NCBI GenBank assembly: GCA_963708295.1 | Contig: CAVPSJ010000012.1 | Location: forward strand, 64,001-128,000 | Direction: 5' to 3' | Source of the DNA: an uncultured delta proteobacterium | Lineage (GTDB): Bacteria > Desulfobacterota > BSN033 > UBA1163 | Length of the DNA stretch: 64,000 bases | In this document: positions 47,804 to 57,493 of the stretch, in pieces | Layout of the letters: every line of letters begins with the position of its first letter | Numbering within the stretch: position 1 is the stretch's first letter | Position numbers and translations under genes: made by a program | The notes under the pieces: model-generated | Told to the model about the DNA's origin: nothing | Databases searched by the model: none | Seen by the model: only the letters and a program-made list of their open reading frames with translations

Positions 47804-49762
47804 TTATATTCTTTCAAGCGCCGGCATCCCCATCAGGTTCAGCAGATTTTCCATCACGGTTTGAAATCCCCTCACCAAACAGAGCCGAAAGGTTCTGAGT
47901 TCCGGATCTCGAAGGTGAATAAACGGCGTCTGGACATCGGCCCCCGGATCCGGATGCTCGTAGAAATTCGTAAAAGAGGTCGCCAGATCAAAGGCATACT
48001 CTGCCAACTGAGAAACTCTCAGCGTCTTACCCGTTTTAGCCACAGAAGACGAAAACCTCGACAGGGCGTCCAGAAGCCCTCTTTCTGTCTCGGTTAATCG
48101 CTCGGGAATGCAATCCCTCTCCCATTGGAATTCGACCTTCTGCGCCTCGGCTTTTCTCAGGATGCTGCATGCCCGGGCGTGGGCATATTCTAGATAGACC
48201 CCTGTGTCCCCCGTCGTTTTCAGGGCTTCATCAAAATCGAAAACGATCTGGCTTTCTAATGTGAATTTAATTAAATAATAACGGATCGCCGCCGAGGCGA
48301 GAGCGGCCGCAACGTTTTCTTCTACTGGATGGTCGGACCTCTCGATCACCCTCCGCTTCACCATCCCTATAAAATCCTTCGCCTTCACCCCTGTTCCGGA
48401 GCGCCCCGACATGGCGTAGGCCTTTTTTTGCTCTGCCTCCTCCATCCCCAGCAGCCGCGCAGCCTGTGGGGAAAGGTTGACGACTTCATAGGCCAGATGT
48501 ACGGATTCCTTCGCTTCCCTCTCAAAGCCCATCTGCCGGAGGCACTCGACGACCACTTGCTGAGGATAACTCTGCCGGGTGTCAATTACATTGATGACCG
48601 TTTCCGCATGGCCAAACCGCTGAGAGAACTTTTCTGCCGGCTCGCCCTCCTGGGACGTTGTCCAGAGCGTCTCTCCATTGGCCTGGAGGCCCCAGGGTTT
48701 GTACAAAAAATCTTTCTCGATCAGGCCAAACTTCCACAGCTGATAGGCCACATCTTTCCCCGTATAGGTCACACTCCCATTTGACCGAACCAGGATCTTG
48801 TCCAGACTCTTCAACCCTTCAGCCGTTTCAACGATCCCGCCAAAAGGAACCGTCCAACACCCTTCATTCGGGCCTTCTGTCTCTAATCGAAGAGCTCCCT
48901 TTTCTTTGAGGAGCTCGAACGTCGTTCCCCAGAAACCCCGGCCAATGATGTCCGATTCCCAGTTGAGAAGGTCGTAGAAGATAGAGAGTTGAGCTACCGT
49001 TTCCAAATGGGAGTGGACAACTCTTGTGGCGAGCTCTTTCGAAAAACCGGCCACAGGAGAGGTTCCCTTTTCGATCTTGTGCAGAATTTCTTCTCTTTTC
49101 TCAAGAAGCGAGGGATTCTTCTCAAGCTCATTTTCGAAACGGGCATAGAGATCCCAACAGAAATAATCAAAGGGCTGACTTGCGGGGACCTTCTCCCAGA
49201 TGGCCCGAAAGTCAGCGCCCTCCTCGTAAAAAGGAGGGGTGAGATAAAGCAGGGCCGTCACCACATCCACGACCTGAAGGCCTGTATCATCAATGTAATT
49301 GCACACCTCTGTTGAAAACCCGAGCCATTCGAGAACCCGGGCCACGGTGTCTCCTAAAACCGAGTTCCTGAGGTGGCCGATATGCATCGCCTTATTGGGG
49401 TTGACACTCGTATGCTCGATGAAAACCTTTTTATTGGGCGGCAGGGCAGGCTTTCCAAACTTCTTGCCTTCTTGAAGGACTCGGGGAACGAGGTCTCGGG
49501 CCAATCCAGGCCAATCCACCTTGAAATTAAGGTATCCGGGAGGAGAAATGCCTATCTCTTGAATATAGGGAGGGAGGTTTGATCCCAGCCGCTCGGCCAC
49601 CTCCAGGGCGATCTTCATAGGAGATTCCCTCCGGCGCTTTGCCATGGACAGGCAGATGGCGCTCGACAGGTCCCCCAGCTCCCGCCGAGGAGGCACATTG
49701 AGCGGAATGTCTTCAATGTCTAAGAGCTCTCTTAATACTCTGGCCAGTCCTTCTCTGATCAT
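47804..49762 (-). CDS. argS: arginine--tRNA ligase
   Basis: EHTSVNPNKAMHIGHLRN, D.RQ, MSGR.G, YL.YAHARACSIL DALR domain. Confidence 0.95.
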   Translation of the reverse strand: MIREGLARVLRELLDIEDIPLNVPPRRELGDLSSAICLSMAKRRRESPMKIALEVAERLGSNLPPYIQEIGISPPGYLNFKVDWPGLARDLVPRVLQEGKKFGKPALPPNKKVFIEHTSVNPNKAMHIGHLRNSVLGDTVARVLEWLGFSTEVCNYIDDTGLQVVDVVTALLYLTPPFYEEGADFRAIWEKVPASQPFDYFCWDLYARFENELEKNPSLLEKREEILHKIEKGTSPVAGFSKELATRVVHSHLETVAQLSIFYDLLNWESDIIGRGFWGTTFELLKEKGALRLETEGPNEGCWTVPFGGIVETAEGLKSLDKILVRSNGSVTYTGKDVAYQLWKFGLIEKDFLYKPWGLQANGETLWTTSQEGEPAEKFSQRFGHAETVINVIDTRQSYPQQVVVECLRQMGFEREAKESVHLAYEVVNLSPQAARLLGMEEAEQKKAYAMSGRSGTGVKAKDFIGMVKRRVIERSDHPVEENVAAALASAAIRYYLIKFTLESQIVFDFDEALKTTGDTGVYLEYAHARACSILRKAEAQKVEFQWERDCIPERLTETERGLLDALSRFSSSVAKTGKTLRVSQLAEYAFDLATSFTNFYEHPDPGADVQTPFIHLRDPELRTFRLCLVRGFQTVMENLLNLMGMPALERI

Positions 49763-49815
49763 CTTCTCTCTTCCCCCTTACTCCGTTCAATTATGATGAG
49801 GATAAAGCCGAAAAG

Positions 49816-50053
49816 TCAACCCTTCGACTCCCCCAGGGTGAATTCCACGGCTTTCATTCGACCCGAGCCAAGGCCGAGGGGTTTTGCCTGCCTGCGCGAA
49901 GCCCCGCTTTGCGGGGCGAAGGCAGGGGTTGACCCTGCCCTGCGATGGACTCAGGGCCTTGAGCTTGTCAAGAGGCGCTTCGACGGGTCGATGCAAGTGG
50001 CGCTTCGTCAACCCATCCTCATCGGTGGAGTCTGGCGCCGCCGAACGGGTCAA
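49816..50053 (+). repeat. family B mini-element carrying nested family A and CTCAGGG/TGAGCTTGTC inserts
   Basis: TCAACCCTTCGACT...[family A 49887-49926]GGTTGACCCTG[..]...CCGCCGAACGGGTCA. Confidence 0.75.
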
Positions 50054-50234
50054 GGCAACCGAAAATTGACAGTGAAAAGGCTTCAGGAATATAATGACTT
50101 GATGCGAGGCGTCCTATGCTTTGTCTCTCATGCAGGAGAAAGCATGGGAAATAAAAAGGGTGTGGATGCCCAGTGAAGCCAGTAAAGAAAAACATCAGCA
50201 GGGAAATGAGAAGGCCAGAAGGAGGACAGGAGCC

Positions 50235-51149
50235 ATGGGTAAAAAGAGCCCGATAAAGGTTTCGATTTGTAATGAGCTTTTTCAGGGGTGGCCGATCGAA
50301 AAAGTCTTTGAATATGCCGCTCAATTGGGCTACGACGGGGTTGAGATTGCCCCTTATACTCTGGCGGACTCCGTCACTGAAATCTCTCCACGGAGGCGAA
50401 TAGCGATTCGGCAGGCAGCGGAAGAGAGGGGGATCGAAATCGTCGGCCTCCATTGGCTGCTGGCAAAACCGGAAGGGCTCTACATCAACCATCCCGATGA
50501 GATCATCCGCATCAAAACCCAGGAGTACATCGAGGCTCTCATCCACTTCTGCGCCGATATCGGAGGGAAGATTCTGGTTCATGGTTCTCCACATCAGAGG
50601 ACGATCCAGGAGGGGTGGGACGATCAAGAGTCGTGGAATTTTGCCAAGGAAACCTTCGAGGTATGTCTTAAGACAGCCCAGAAAAGAAATGTTTTCTACT
50701 GCATCGAACCGCTTGCCCATCCGGCCACCAACTTCATCAACACGGTGGCCGAAGCCATTCAACTCGTCAAGGAGATAAGACATCCCCATTTCAAATTGAT
50801 TTTCGACTGCCGAAGCGCTTCGGCCCAGGAGAAATCGCTGCCTGAGGCGCTTGTCTGGGCCCTGGAGTCTGGATACCTCCGCCATGTTCATGTCAATGAT
50901 TCAAACGGAAAAGGGCCCGGATTCGGAGAAATCGAGTTCGTCCCTATTCTAAGAACCCTGGTCAATAGCGGTTATCAAGGCTATCTCTCTGTAGAGGTTT
51001 TTGATTTCACTCCGGACCCTCAAACGATTGCCAGCCGAAGCATTGGTTATCTGAAAGGAATTCTCGAGACTTTGTCCGAAAAGGGCGTGCCACCAGGCAA
51101 AGGATTCTTGCCATCCGCAAAGAAGGTGCTAAGAGAAGGGAAACCTTAA
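50235..51149 (+). CDS. sugar phosphate isomerase/epimerase (ketose 3-epimerase-like TIM barrel)
   Basis: GYDGVEIAP, IEPL....NFINT, HVHVND, GPGFG, GY.GYLSVEVF. Confidence 0.9.
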   Translation: MGKKSPIKVSICNELFQGWPIEKVFEYAAQLGYDGVEIAPYTLADSVTEISPRRRIAIRQAAEERGIEIVGLHWLLAKPEGLYINHPDEIIRIKTQEYIEALIHFCADIGGKILVHGSPHQRTIQEGWDDQESWNFAKETFEVCLKTAQKRNVFYCIEPLAHPATNFINTVAEAIQLVKEIRHPHFKLIFDCRSASAQEKSLPEALVWALESGYLRHVHVNDSNGKGPGFGEIEFVPILRTLVNSGYQGYLSVEVFDFTPDPQTIASRSIGYLKGILETLSEKGVPPGKGFLPSAKKVLREGKP

Positions 51150-51175
51150 ACGACAGGGGGGAGTGGAATTTCTTT

Positions 51176-51640
51176 CTATCGAACTTCACCCGTCTCTCTC
51201 AACAGGGTTTTCAACTTCCGGACATCTCTTTCTTGGAGCCTTTCAAATTCCAACCCATACCTGTACTCCCCCCAGATGACCTTGGGGGCCAAATGAGACC
51301 AGATCACTCTCGCCCTCGCCCTGACCGAACTCAATTCAAATCCATTTGCAAAAATAATCTCTATATTCAATAAGGTCCCTACGGTGATGGCTACGGGTAA
51401 ATAGGCAACCAGGCCTCCTCTGCTTGCATTGGCTGCAACTCCCCCGTAGTGCTCCTCATTTTCAATGGAATAGTCCAGAGGAAGTTCAACGCTGAACCGA
51501 CGGTGTTTTCTCCTCTCGGAGATAAAAATCCCCTTTTCAGACCCCGGCTGGGTCTGGCCTCTTTTTCTTCTCTCCGTCGTCGAGTTTTTCCCCGGACTCA
51601 TTGGACTTCCATTTTCGTTAAAATGTATTAAACTTCTCAC
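51176..51640 (-). CDS. PilZ-domain protein (start uncertain)
   Basis: ERRKHRRF, NASRGG, VIW, YGLEF. Confidence 0.88.
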   Translation of the reverse strand: MRSLIHFNENGSPMSPGKNSTTERRKRGQTQPGSEKGIFISERRKHRRFSVELPLDYSIENEEHYGGVAANASRGGLVAYLPVAITVGTLLNIEIIFANGFELSSVRARARVIWSHLAPKVIWGEYRYGLEFERLQERDVRKLKTLLRETGEVR

Positions 51641-51788
51641 AGGAAAGTCAATGAAAATTTTTTGGAATCCGCGAGTGCAAGAAACACTTGATAAGAAGAA
51701 GGCAACTTGGTAAAATAGTTCGCATCGGAGAGATGAAAATCCAAACTGAATTTGGCCGGACGAGTTATTGAGGTCTGAGGGGGGCTCG

Positions 51789-52154
51789 ATGGTGGACTCA
51801 AGTTCATCAAGAGAAAAAAGGAAGTCTGCACGGTTTCAGTTGAGTTTGCCCATTGAATTTAAGGTGACGAGTGATAAAAATGTCCATGGAGCAATGATCG
51901 TTAACGCCAGTGAAACTGGCCTTCTTGTTCAATCTCCAAGAAATCTGCCTGTCGGGACCAAATTAAATATTGCTGTCTTATTCTCGAAAGGGTTCGAATT
52001 GGCCAATTTTGAAGTGGTCGCCGAGGTGGTTTGGGCAAACCCCCGTCCGAATGAAGGTCGGGAAGGATACGAATTTGGACTGAGATTCGTTCACATACTG
52101 GAGGAAGACCGTCAGAAGCTGCAGCATCTTCTCGGTGAGGGGATTTTAATATGA
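51789..52154 (+). CDS. PilZ-domain protein
   Basis: EKRKSARF, NASETG, VVW, FGLRF. Confidence 0.88.
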   Translation: MVDSSSSREKRKSARFQLSLPIEFKVTSDKNVHGAMIVNASETGLLVQSPRNLPVGTKLNIAVLFSKGFELANFEVVAEVVWANPRPNEGREGYEFGLRFVHILEEDRQKLQHLLGEGILI

Positions 52155-52421
52155 TGAGGGATACATGGGGATAGGAATTCTCTGATCTCCCAGGGATGTT
52201 TGGCCACCTCAGCATTCACCCTCCCACCCCCCGCCATTCCATGCTTCGAACCCGTCCAATTGTTCCCACCCATTCATCGCTGTCCGGATGAAAACTCCTC
52301 CTCATCAAGGGGCTTGATTTTTTGCGAAGAAGGCTTACATTCTTATTGACAGGGTTTAAGAGGGGAAGAAAAATGATAAGGGGGGCCACTCCAGGATGAA
52401 TAAAGGTGGTCAGGAGGCGCG

Positions 52422-53495
52422 GTGAATCTCACAAGGCCTGGAGGCGAAGACAAGATCCAGCCGGAGTTTAAATCGATCGCGCTCAAAGGCCTTTTTGTTA
52501 TGGCCTTTTTCTACACCCTCTATTTCGCTCGCGCGTTGATCCTACCGTTCATTTTAGCGTTGCTCCTCAATTTTCTACTGAGACCCGTCGTTCGTATCCT
52601 TAAGAAGGTCAAAATACCGGAGCTGGCAGGGGCTGCTTTAGTCATCATCGCCCTGCTGGGAAGTGCGGGCTACGGAGTCATCAGGCTTTCTGGCCCTGCC
52701 GCCGAGTGGATCAACAAGGTACCGGAAAGTTTGCACCAAATGGAGTCAAAGGTCGTTTTTTTCCGGAAGCCGATCGAAGGGGTGAATAACGCGGTTGAAG
52801 AGCTGAAGGGGATCGCGCGAATGGGCGCGGAGAAAAAACCTGAGGTTGAAATAAAGCCACCGGGGATTACCGACGTTGTTCTATCCGGCACGAGGGAAGT
52901 CCTCGTGAAAAGTTCGGTGATGTTTATCCTCCTCTACTTCCTTCTTGCCTCCGGAGATTTATTCCTGCGCAAGCTGGTCAAGCGGATCCCCACCCTTCAC
53001 AAAAAAAAGGAGATCGTGAGAATCACCCGAGAAGTCGAACACCACACCTCCCGCTACCTTTATACGGTCACAGGGATTAATATTGTGATGGGGACTTTCC
53101 TCGGTGCCAGCATGTATCTCATCGGTATGCCGAACCCTCTGCTCTGGGGCGTGATGGCCGGATTTCTCGTTTTCCTTCCCTACATTGGCCCTCTGATCGG
53201 AATCTCCATTGTCACCATCGTCGCCTTCCTCACTTTTGACAGCCTTGGCCGCATCCTGCTGGCGCCCGCAATCTATATCGCTCTGGAAACCATTCAGGGC
53301 CAAATTGTCACGCCGTTGGTCCTTGGTTTGCGTTTCACCCTGAACCCTGTCGCGATCTTCGTATGGCTCATTTTTTGGGGGTGGATGTGGGGTATCGTTG
53401 GCGCCATGCTGGCATTTCCAATGCTCATGATCTTCAAGATATTTTGCGACCATATCCAGCCCCTCGCACCCGTGGGTGAGTTCCTCGAAAAATAG
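52422..53495 (+). CDS. AI-2E-family transporter
   Basis: P..LA.LL...L.P.V, F.PYIGP, QG..VTP...G....LNP, WG..WG..GA.LA.P. Confidence 0.92.
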   Translation: MNLTRPGGEDKIQPEFKSIALKGLFVMAFFYTLYFARALILPFILALLLNFLLRPVVRILKKVKIPELAGAALVIIALLGSAGYGVIRLSGPAAEWINKVPESLHQMESKVVFFRKPIEGVNNAVEELKGIARMGAEKKPEVEIKPPGITDVVLSGTREVLVKSSVMFILLYFLLASGDLFLRKLVKRIPTLHKKKEIVRITREVEHHTSRYLYTVTGINIVMGTFLGASMYLIGMPNPLLWGVMAGFLVFLPYIGPLIGISIVTIVAFLTFDSLGRILLAPAIYIALETIQGQIVTPLVLGLRFTLNPVAIFVWLIFWGWMWGIVGAMLAFPMLMIFKIFCDHIQPLAPVGEFLEK

Positions 53496-53747
53496 TCCCC
53501 TGAGAGCGGGAGAATAGATGTTTTATCGACTGCCTGCCCCAATCTTCTTACTTCTTTCCCGAGGATTCCTTTCTGATATGTTCAACCTTCGGGTGCTGCT
53601 CTTCCCAAAAGTTAAGACGATCGACTCGAATGATCACCCTTTCTGTCAATAACCCCCTTTACGGGATCGGACTTTTCCTGCCGTAATCAGGGCATCGTCG
53701 GGGTATCCCCGCTGTTCCCAGAATCCGGGTATATAATGGTGGTGGTT

Positions 53748-54005
53748 GCAAGTAAGCCTTTCAGATAGACCCGTATTTTGAGCTGGGTTAAACGGATAAG
53801 CTCTTAGTCAGGGACCTCTTTTTAATAAGAGGTGTTGTTAAACTTTTCACAGGACTTGCCTTTTTAAAGAAGGATAAGCATTTTTAAATTAAGAGGGAAG
53901 CGCATATTATTTCAGTTTTTTTGCGCGGCGATGCTTGCTGCTGTTAAGCGGAGCAAATGGTTCTCCGGGGTTGGCAATCTTCACGGTGCCAGGGGCCTTA
54001 TTTTT
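53748..54005 (+). ncRNA. candidate structured RNA / long leader (unnamed)
   Basis: TATAAT at 53732; seven or more complementary pairs in an ORF-free region, ending at a U-tract. Confidence 0.4.
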
Positions 54006-54149
54006 GTGAACTGAACTAAATCATTTCCCGATCTTACTAAACGAGTTTGTGAAGGATAAAAGAGGGAAATGATTATTTACAAATCAAGAAGATTCTTTAT
54101 TCAACCGATCTAATCACAGAATTACAGACGGCTTCTTTACCGCTTTTTT

Positions 54150-54431
54150 ATGGCGAAACCAAAGCCCCTTTTGGAGACTAAGATGGCGGTTACAAAGCGA
54201 GGCGACAGGAGAAAAAGGAATAGAAGGCAGAGCGGCCAAAAACAAGGTGATATAGGAAAGATCACAATTCAAGAGGAAAGGGATAAGGAACAGGAAGTCG
54301 TTGTTCACCATGAACCTGTCCGGGAAAAGAAGGTAGGCTCCGTGTGGAGCTGGTATGAAGAGTTTGCAGCAGAATTGAGCGAGACTTATATAACAAAGAA
54401 AAAAAGAGGAAAACCCAAACAAGGAAAATGA
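54150..54431 (+). CDS. hypothetical basic protein
   Basis: 93-aa ORF, Lys/Arg-rich, no recognised motif. Confidence 0.3.
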   Translation: MAKPKPLLETKMAVTKRGDRRKRNRRQSGQKQGDIGKITIQEERDKEQEVVVHHEPVREKKVGSVWSWYEEFAAELSETYITKKKRGKPKQGK

Positions 54432-54526
54432 ATAGGAATAGAGGCAGGAAACTTGCGATAGGATGTAGCCAGATGAGACTCTATAAGATACGGAAAGAAC
54501 TTCAACATTTCAGGAGGAAACAGGCC

Positions 54527-55117
54527 ATGAAAGGTTTGATGTGTTTAATTTTAGTAGTTTTCGCCCTTATGATCCCAGTTTATACCCATGCAGCCACCTG
54601 GCAGATCGATCCGGACCATTCTAATTTCCAATTCAAGGTCCGTCACATGACTGTCTCCAACGTCAGAGGCGAATTCAACAAAGCAAGAGGCGTTGTCACC
54701 ATCGATGACAACGATATCACGAACCTGAAGGTCGAGCTTACCCTCGATGCCGCCTCTATCAATACGGACCATGCCAAGCGAGATGACCATCTGAGAAGTG
54801 AAGACTTTTTCTATGCGGCCAAATATCCAACCATCACCTTCGTTTCCAAGAAGGTGACCAAAGTGGATGAAAACCGGTTGAAGGTGATCGGAGATCTTTC
54901 CATCCGAGGGGTTACCAAGGAGATAGCAGTGGATGTAGAAGGACTAACCCCTGAAGTAAAAGACCCCGGCGGAAATATCAGAAGGGGGGCAACCGGGACC
55001 TCAAAGATTAACCGAAAGGACTTTGGTATTGCCTGGAATAAGGTTCTTGACAGCGGAGGTCTGGTCGTGGGCGACGAAGTGAATATCTCCGTTGAGGTTG
55101 AGATGGTTAGAAAGTAA
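54527..55117 (+). CDS. yceI: YceI-family periplasmic polyisoprenoid-binding protein
   Basis: Signal peptide; WQID..HS..F.V.H, SI.T...RD.HL...DFF....YP.I.F, G.L.I.G.TK, INR.DFG. Confidence 0.95.
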   Translation: MKGLMCLILVVFALMIPVYTHAATWQIDPDHSNFQFKVRHMTVSNVRGEFNKARGVVTIDDNDITNLKVELTLDAASINTDHAKRDDHLRSEDFFYAAKYPTITFVSKKVTKVDENRLKVIGDLSIRGVTKEIAVDVEGLTPEVKDPGGNIRRGATGTSKINRKDFGIAWNKVLDSGGLVVGDEVNISVEVEMVRK

Positions 55118-55160
55118 GGGATATCGTGTGCTTCAGTAAAGAGGAAGTGTCAGCACTCGA

Positions 55161-55195
55161 AGGTGGGTAGGGCCAGAAATGGCCCCGCCTTTTTT
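55161..55195 (+). terminator. intrinsic terminator after yceI
   Basis: GGGCCA-GAAA-TGGCCC hairpin within AGGTGGG..CCCGCCT, followed by a T-tract. Confidence 0.65.
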
Positions 55196-55500
55196 GTTTA
55201 TTTCTTTCGGTAGCCATCAACTCTCAGATCGTCTTCTCATTACAGAATAGGAGATGAGGACGACAACATTTTCTTCACCCTTTTCTTTCTGAAGTCGTGA
55301 TTCTAAATCTCTCCCCTCAATACGACATTTCAACTGGTAATAAAAAGCATGAGATTACGTTTCCCAGTGACCCTCATGGCACGGTTAGTACTCTCTTTTT
55401 TCTCGTTGTGAGCTTTTTTTTGGCGTCCAAGGTGGGTCGGCTTTATAGCTTTGCCGTTTGGCATATATGCTCTGAATTTGGCAATGATAATAATGTAATT

Positions 55501-55558
55501 GCCCAACCAGGCACTTCAGCCGATCGCTCATAGCGCCCGCCGAGCTTTTTCGTTATAC
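55501..55558 (+). other. solitary attC-like site
   Basis: GCCCAAC CAGGCACTTCAGCCGATCGCTCATAGCGCCCGCCGAGCTTTTTC GTTATAC, just after the stop of a hydrophobic ORF fragment. Confidence 0.6.
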
Positions 55559-55623
55559 TCGATTTCAATCGTAAATCTTCAAATCCTATAGAAAGCCGTC
55601 TTCACTCTTTGTGGGTCTATCCC

Positions 55624-56490
55624 TTATTTTTCGGTTAACTGACCCACGCGCGATGGGTACGGTTGATTCTGGGCCTCTTCACTCCCGGACATCGTCCGCA
55701 CGGGCGCTCCTGTCTGTTTTCTTGACGTCCCTGAAGTCCGTACAAGTACGTCCACCACATTGCGGACGAACTGTTCCTCCGTGATTCCGTCGATGGCTTC
55801 CTGGGGAAAAGAGACGATCTTCCTGAAATGCGCCGCAATCTGCGCAGAAAAGCTCGACCCGGGATATGGGGTCCAGTTCATTCCTTCGAAGCAGGGCCTG
55901 GAGGGCGATGTTCGCTTCCCGAGGGGAAGTGCGCTGCCTCAGACGCGCTACCAGGTGGGGATAATCCCGGAGTGAGTTGTACTTGTGGGTCAGGATCTGT
56001 TCCAGATCCGGCCTGGGGATCTTGGGTTCCCGGGTGACGATCGTATTGGCGGCGAGATCGCCCAGGCGCTGGGACTTCGGGCTGAGAAGGCAGGAGAGGC
56101 CCCCGACCAGGTAGCATGCCGGAAGGCTGTCGATGAACCGCAACAGATTACGAATCACGATCTGGCTGAACTGCAACCGCAATCCCTGGACATCCATCAC
56201 CCGGAGGGACATCAGCCGTTTTCCAACGGTCTGGCCTTTGTAGGTCCATTCGCAGAAGATGCCGTACCCGATGGAAACAAAAAAATAGGAGAGGATCGCT
56301 GCCGCCTGTGCGAAATCCGCTGCTGACGATCTGGGTCATCTGTATCCCGGTATTGGATGACCATCATGATCGCAAAGACACAACCAAAGTCGATGACCCA
56401 TGCCAGAAAGCGAGCCACAGGGCCGGCCAGCGGAAGAGCAAAGGTGATCCCCTCCGGTGTCTTGATGTGAAGGGTGTTCGTTCTTTCCAT
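55624..56490 (-). CDS. RDD-family membrane protein (frameshifted)
   Basis: TPEGI.F.L.LAGP..RFLAW.ID, GQTVGKRL, RNLLRFID, QRLGDLAA.TIV. Confidence 0.85.
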
Positions 56491-57493
56491 CAGGCTTTTC
56501 CTTCGATCTGCCCGACAATCCTAAGAACAGGATCAGGGCGGTAAGCTCTAGGGTTCCAAAAACGATTTTTGCATGATAGGGAATCACAGGCTCGTGGTAC
56601 TGGGAGAAAAAGGCCTCGACGATCCCTGCCCAGACCAGCATGATCGCCAGGCCGCACAGGAGTGTGACCAGTTCGGGAGCGATCGCGCGTAATCGCTTTT
56701 TGAATGAGATGCGCCGTCCCCGGCCAATCAGCGCCCCGGCCAGGATGAAGCCTGCCTGACCTGCCAGGACAACGGCGGGTATCTCGATGGCGCCGTGCGG
56801 CAGCAGCCATCCGAGGAGAAACGTCGACTGACCTCCCTGGACGAAATCCAGGGCGGTGGCACCCAGGATGATCCCGTTGTAGAAGAGGAGGACGACGGTG
56901 CCGATCCCCCAGGTGAAGCCCATGGCGAAGGTGAACAGGGATACCCTCGTATTATGGGTCATGAGGAAGGCAGAGAAGGTAGCCTTTTTCCCTTTCAAGC
57001 GGTCCTTCATCGCCCCGGTCTTTTCTTCGTAAGCCACCCTTTCGGACGGGTCCATCTGAAGGTGAGAAAAAGGCAGAATGACGCTCTTGGCCTCCCTGTC
57101 GATGCTGATCGCAATGCCCCCGATCGAGAACCCAAAAGTCGTGATGCCAAGGGCGAGCACGAACGCATGCATATGACGACGGAACGTTTGAGGAAAAACC
57201 TGGAAAAACCAATGAAGTGGGGAAAAGCGACGTGATTTTTCCCTGATCTCATGGACCTCGGCATAGGCGCGCCCCACCAGGGATTCGAGATAACGGCGGA
57301 TCTCCGTCTCCGTGGAGAAGCCCATGACTCTTGCCAGGCCCGACGAAGTCCGCTGGTAGAGATAGTGGAAGCGCTTGATCTCCGAAAGGTTCATTTTCCT
57401 GAGCGGGTCCCGGTCCAGTTTGTCGAGGATCGACTCCAGCTCTGTCCAATATCTCTTTTCCTCATCGATGAAGCGCTCGAGATCGATGATCAT
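56490..57493 (-). CDS. stage II sporulation protein M (DUF95)-family membrane protein
   Basis: LYQR.S..LA, THN.RV, NG.ILG, LLPHG.IEIPA, AG.VEAF. Confidence 0.88.

Noticed and set aside
47204-48097. Long antisense ORFs (e.g. 47204..48097, 11176..11949, 13530..14339, 50019..50891, 4629..5357)
   Set aside because: Shadows of well-supported genes on the opposite strand, with no motifs.
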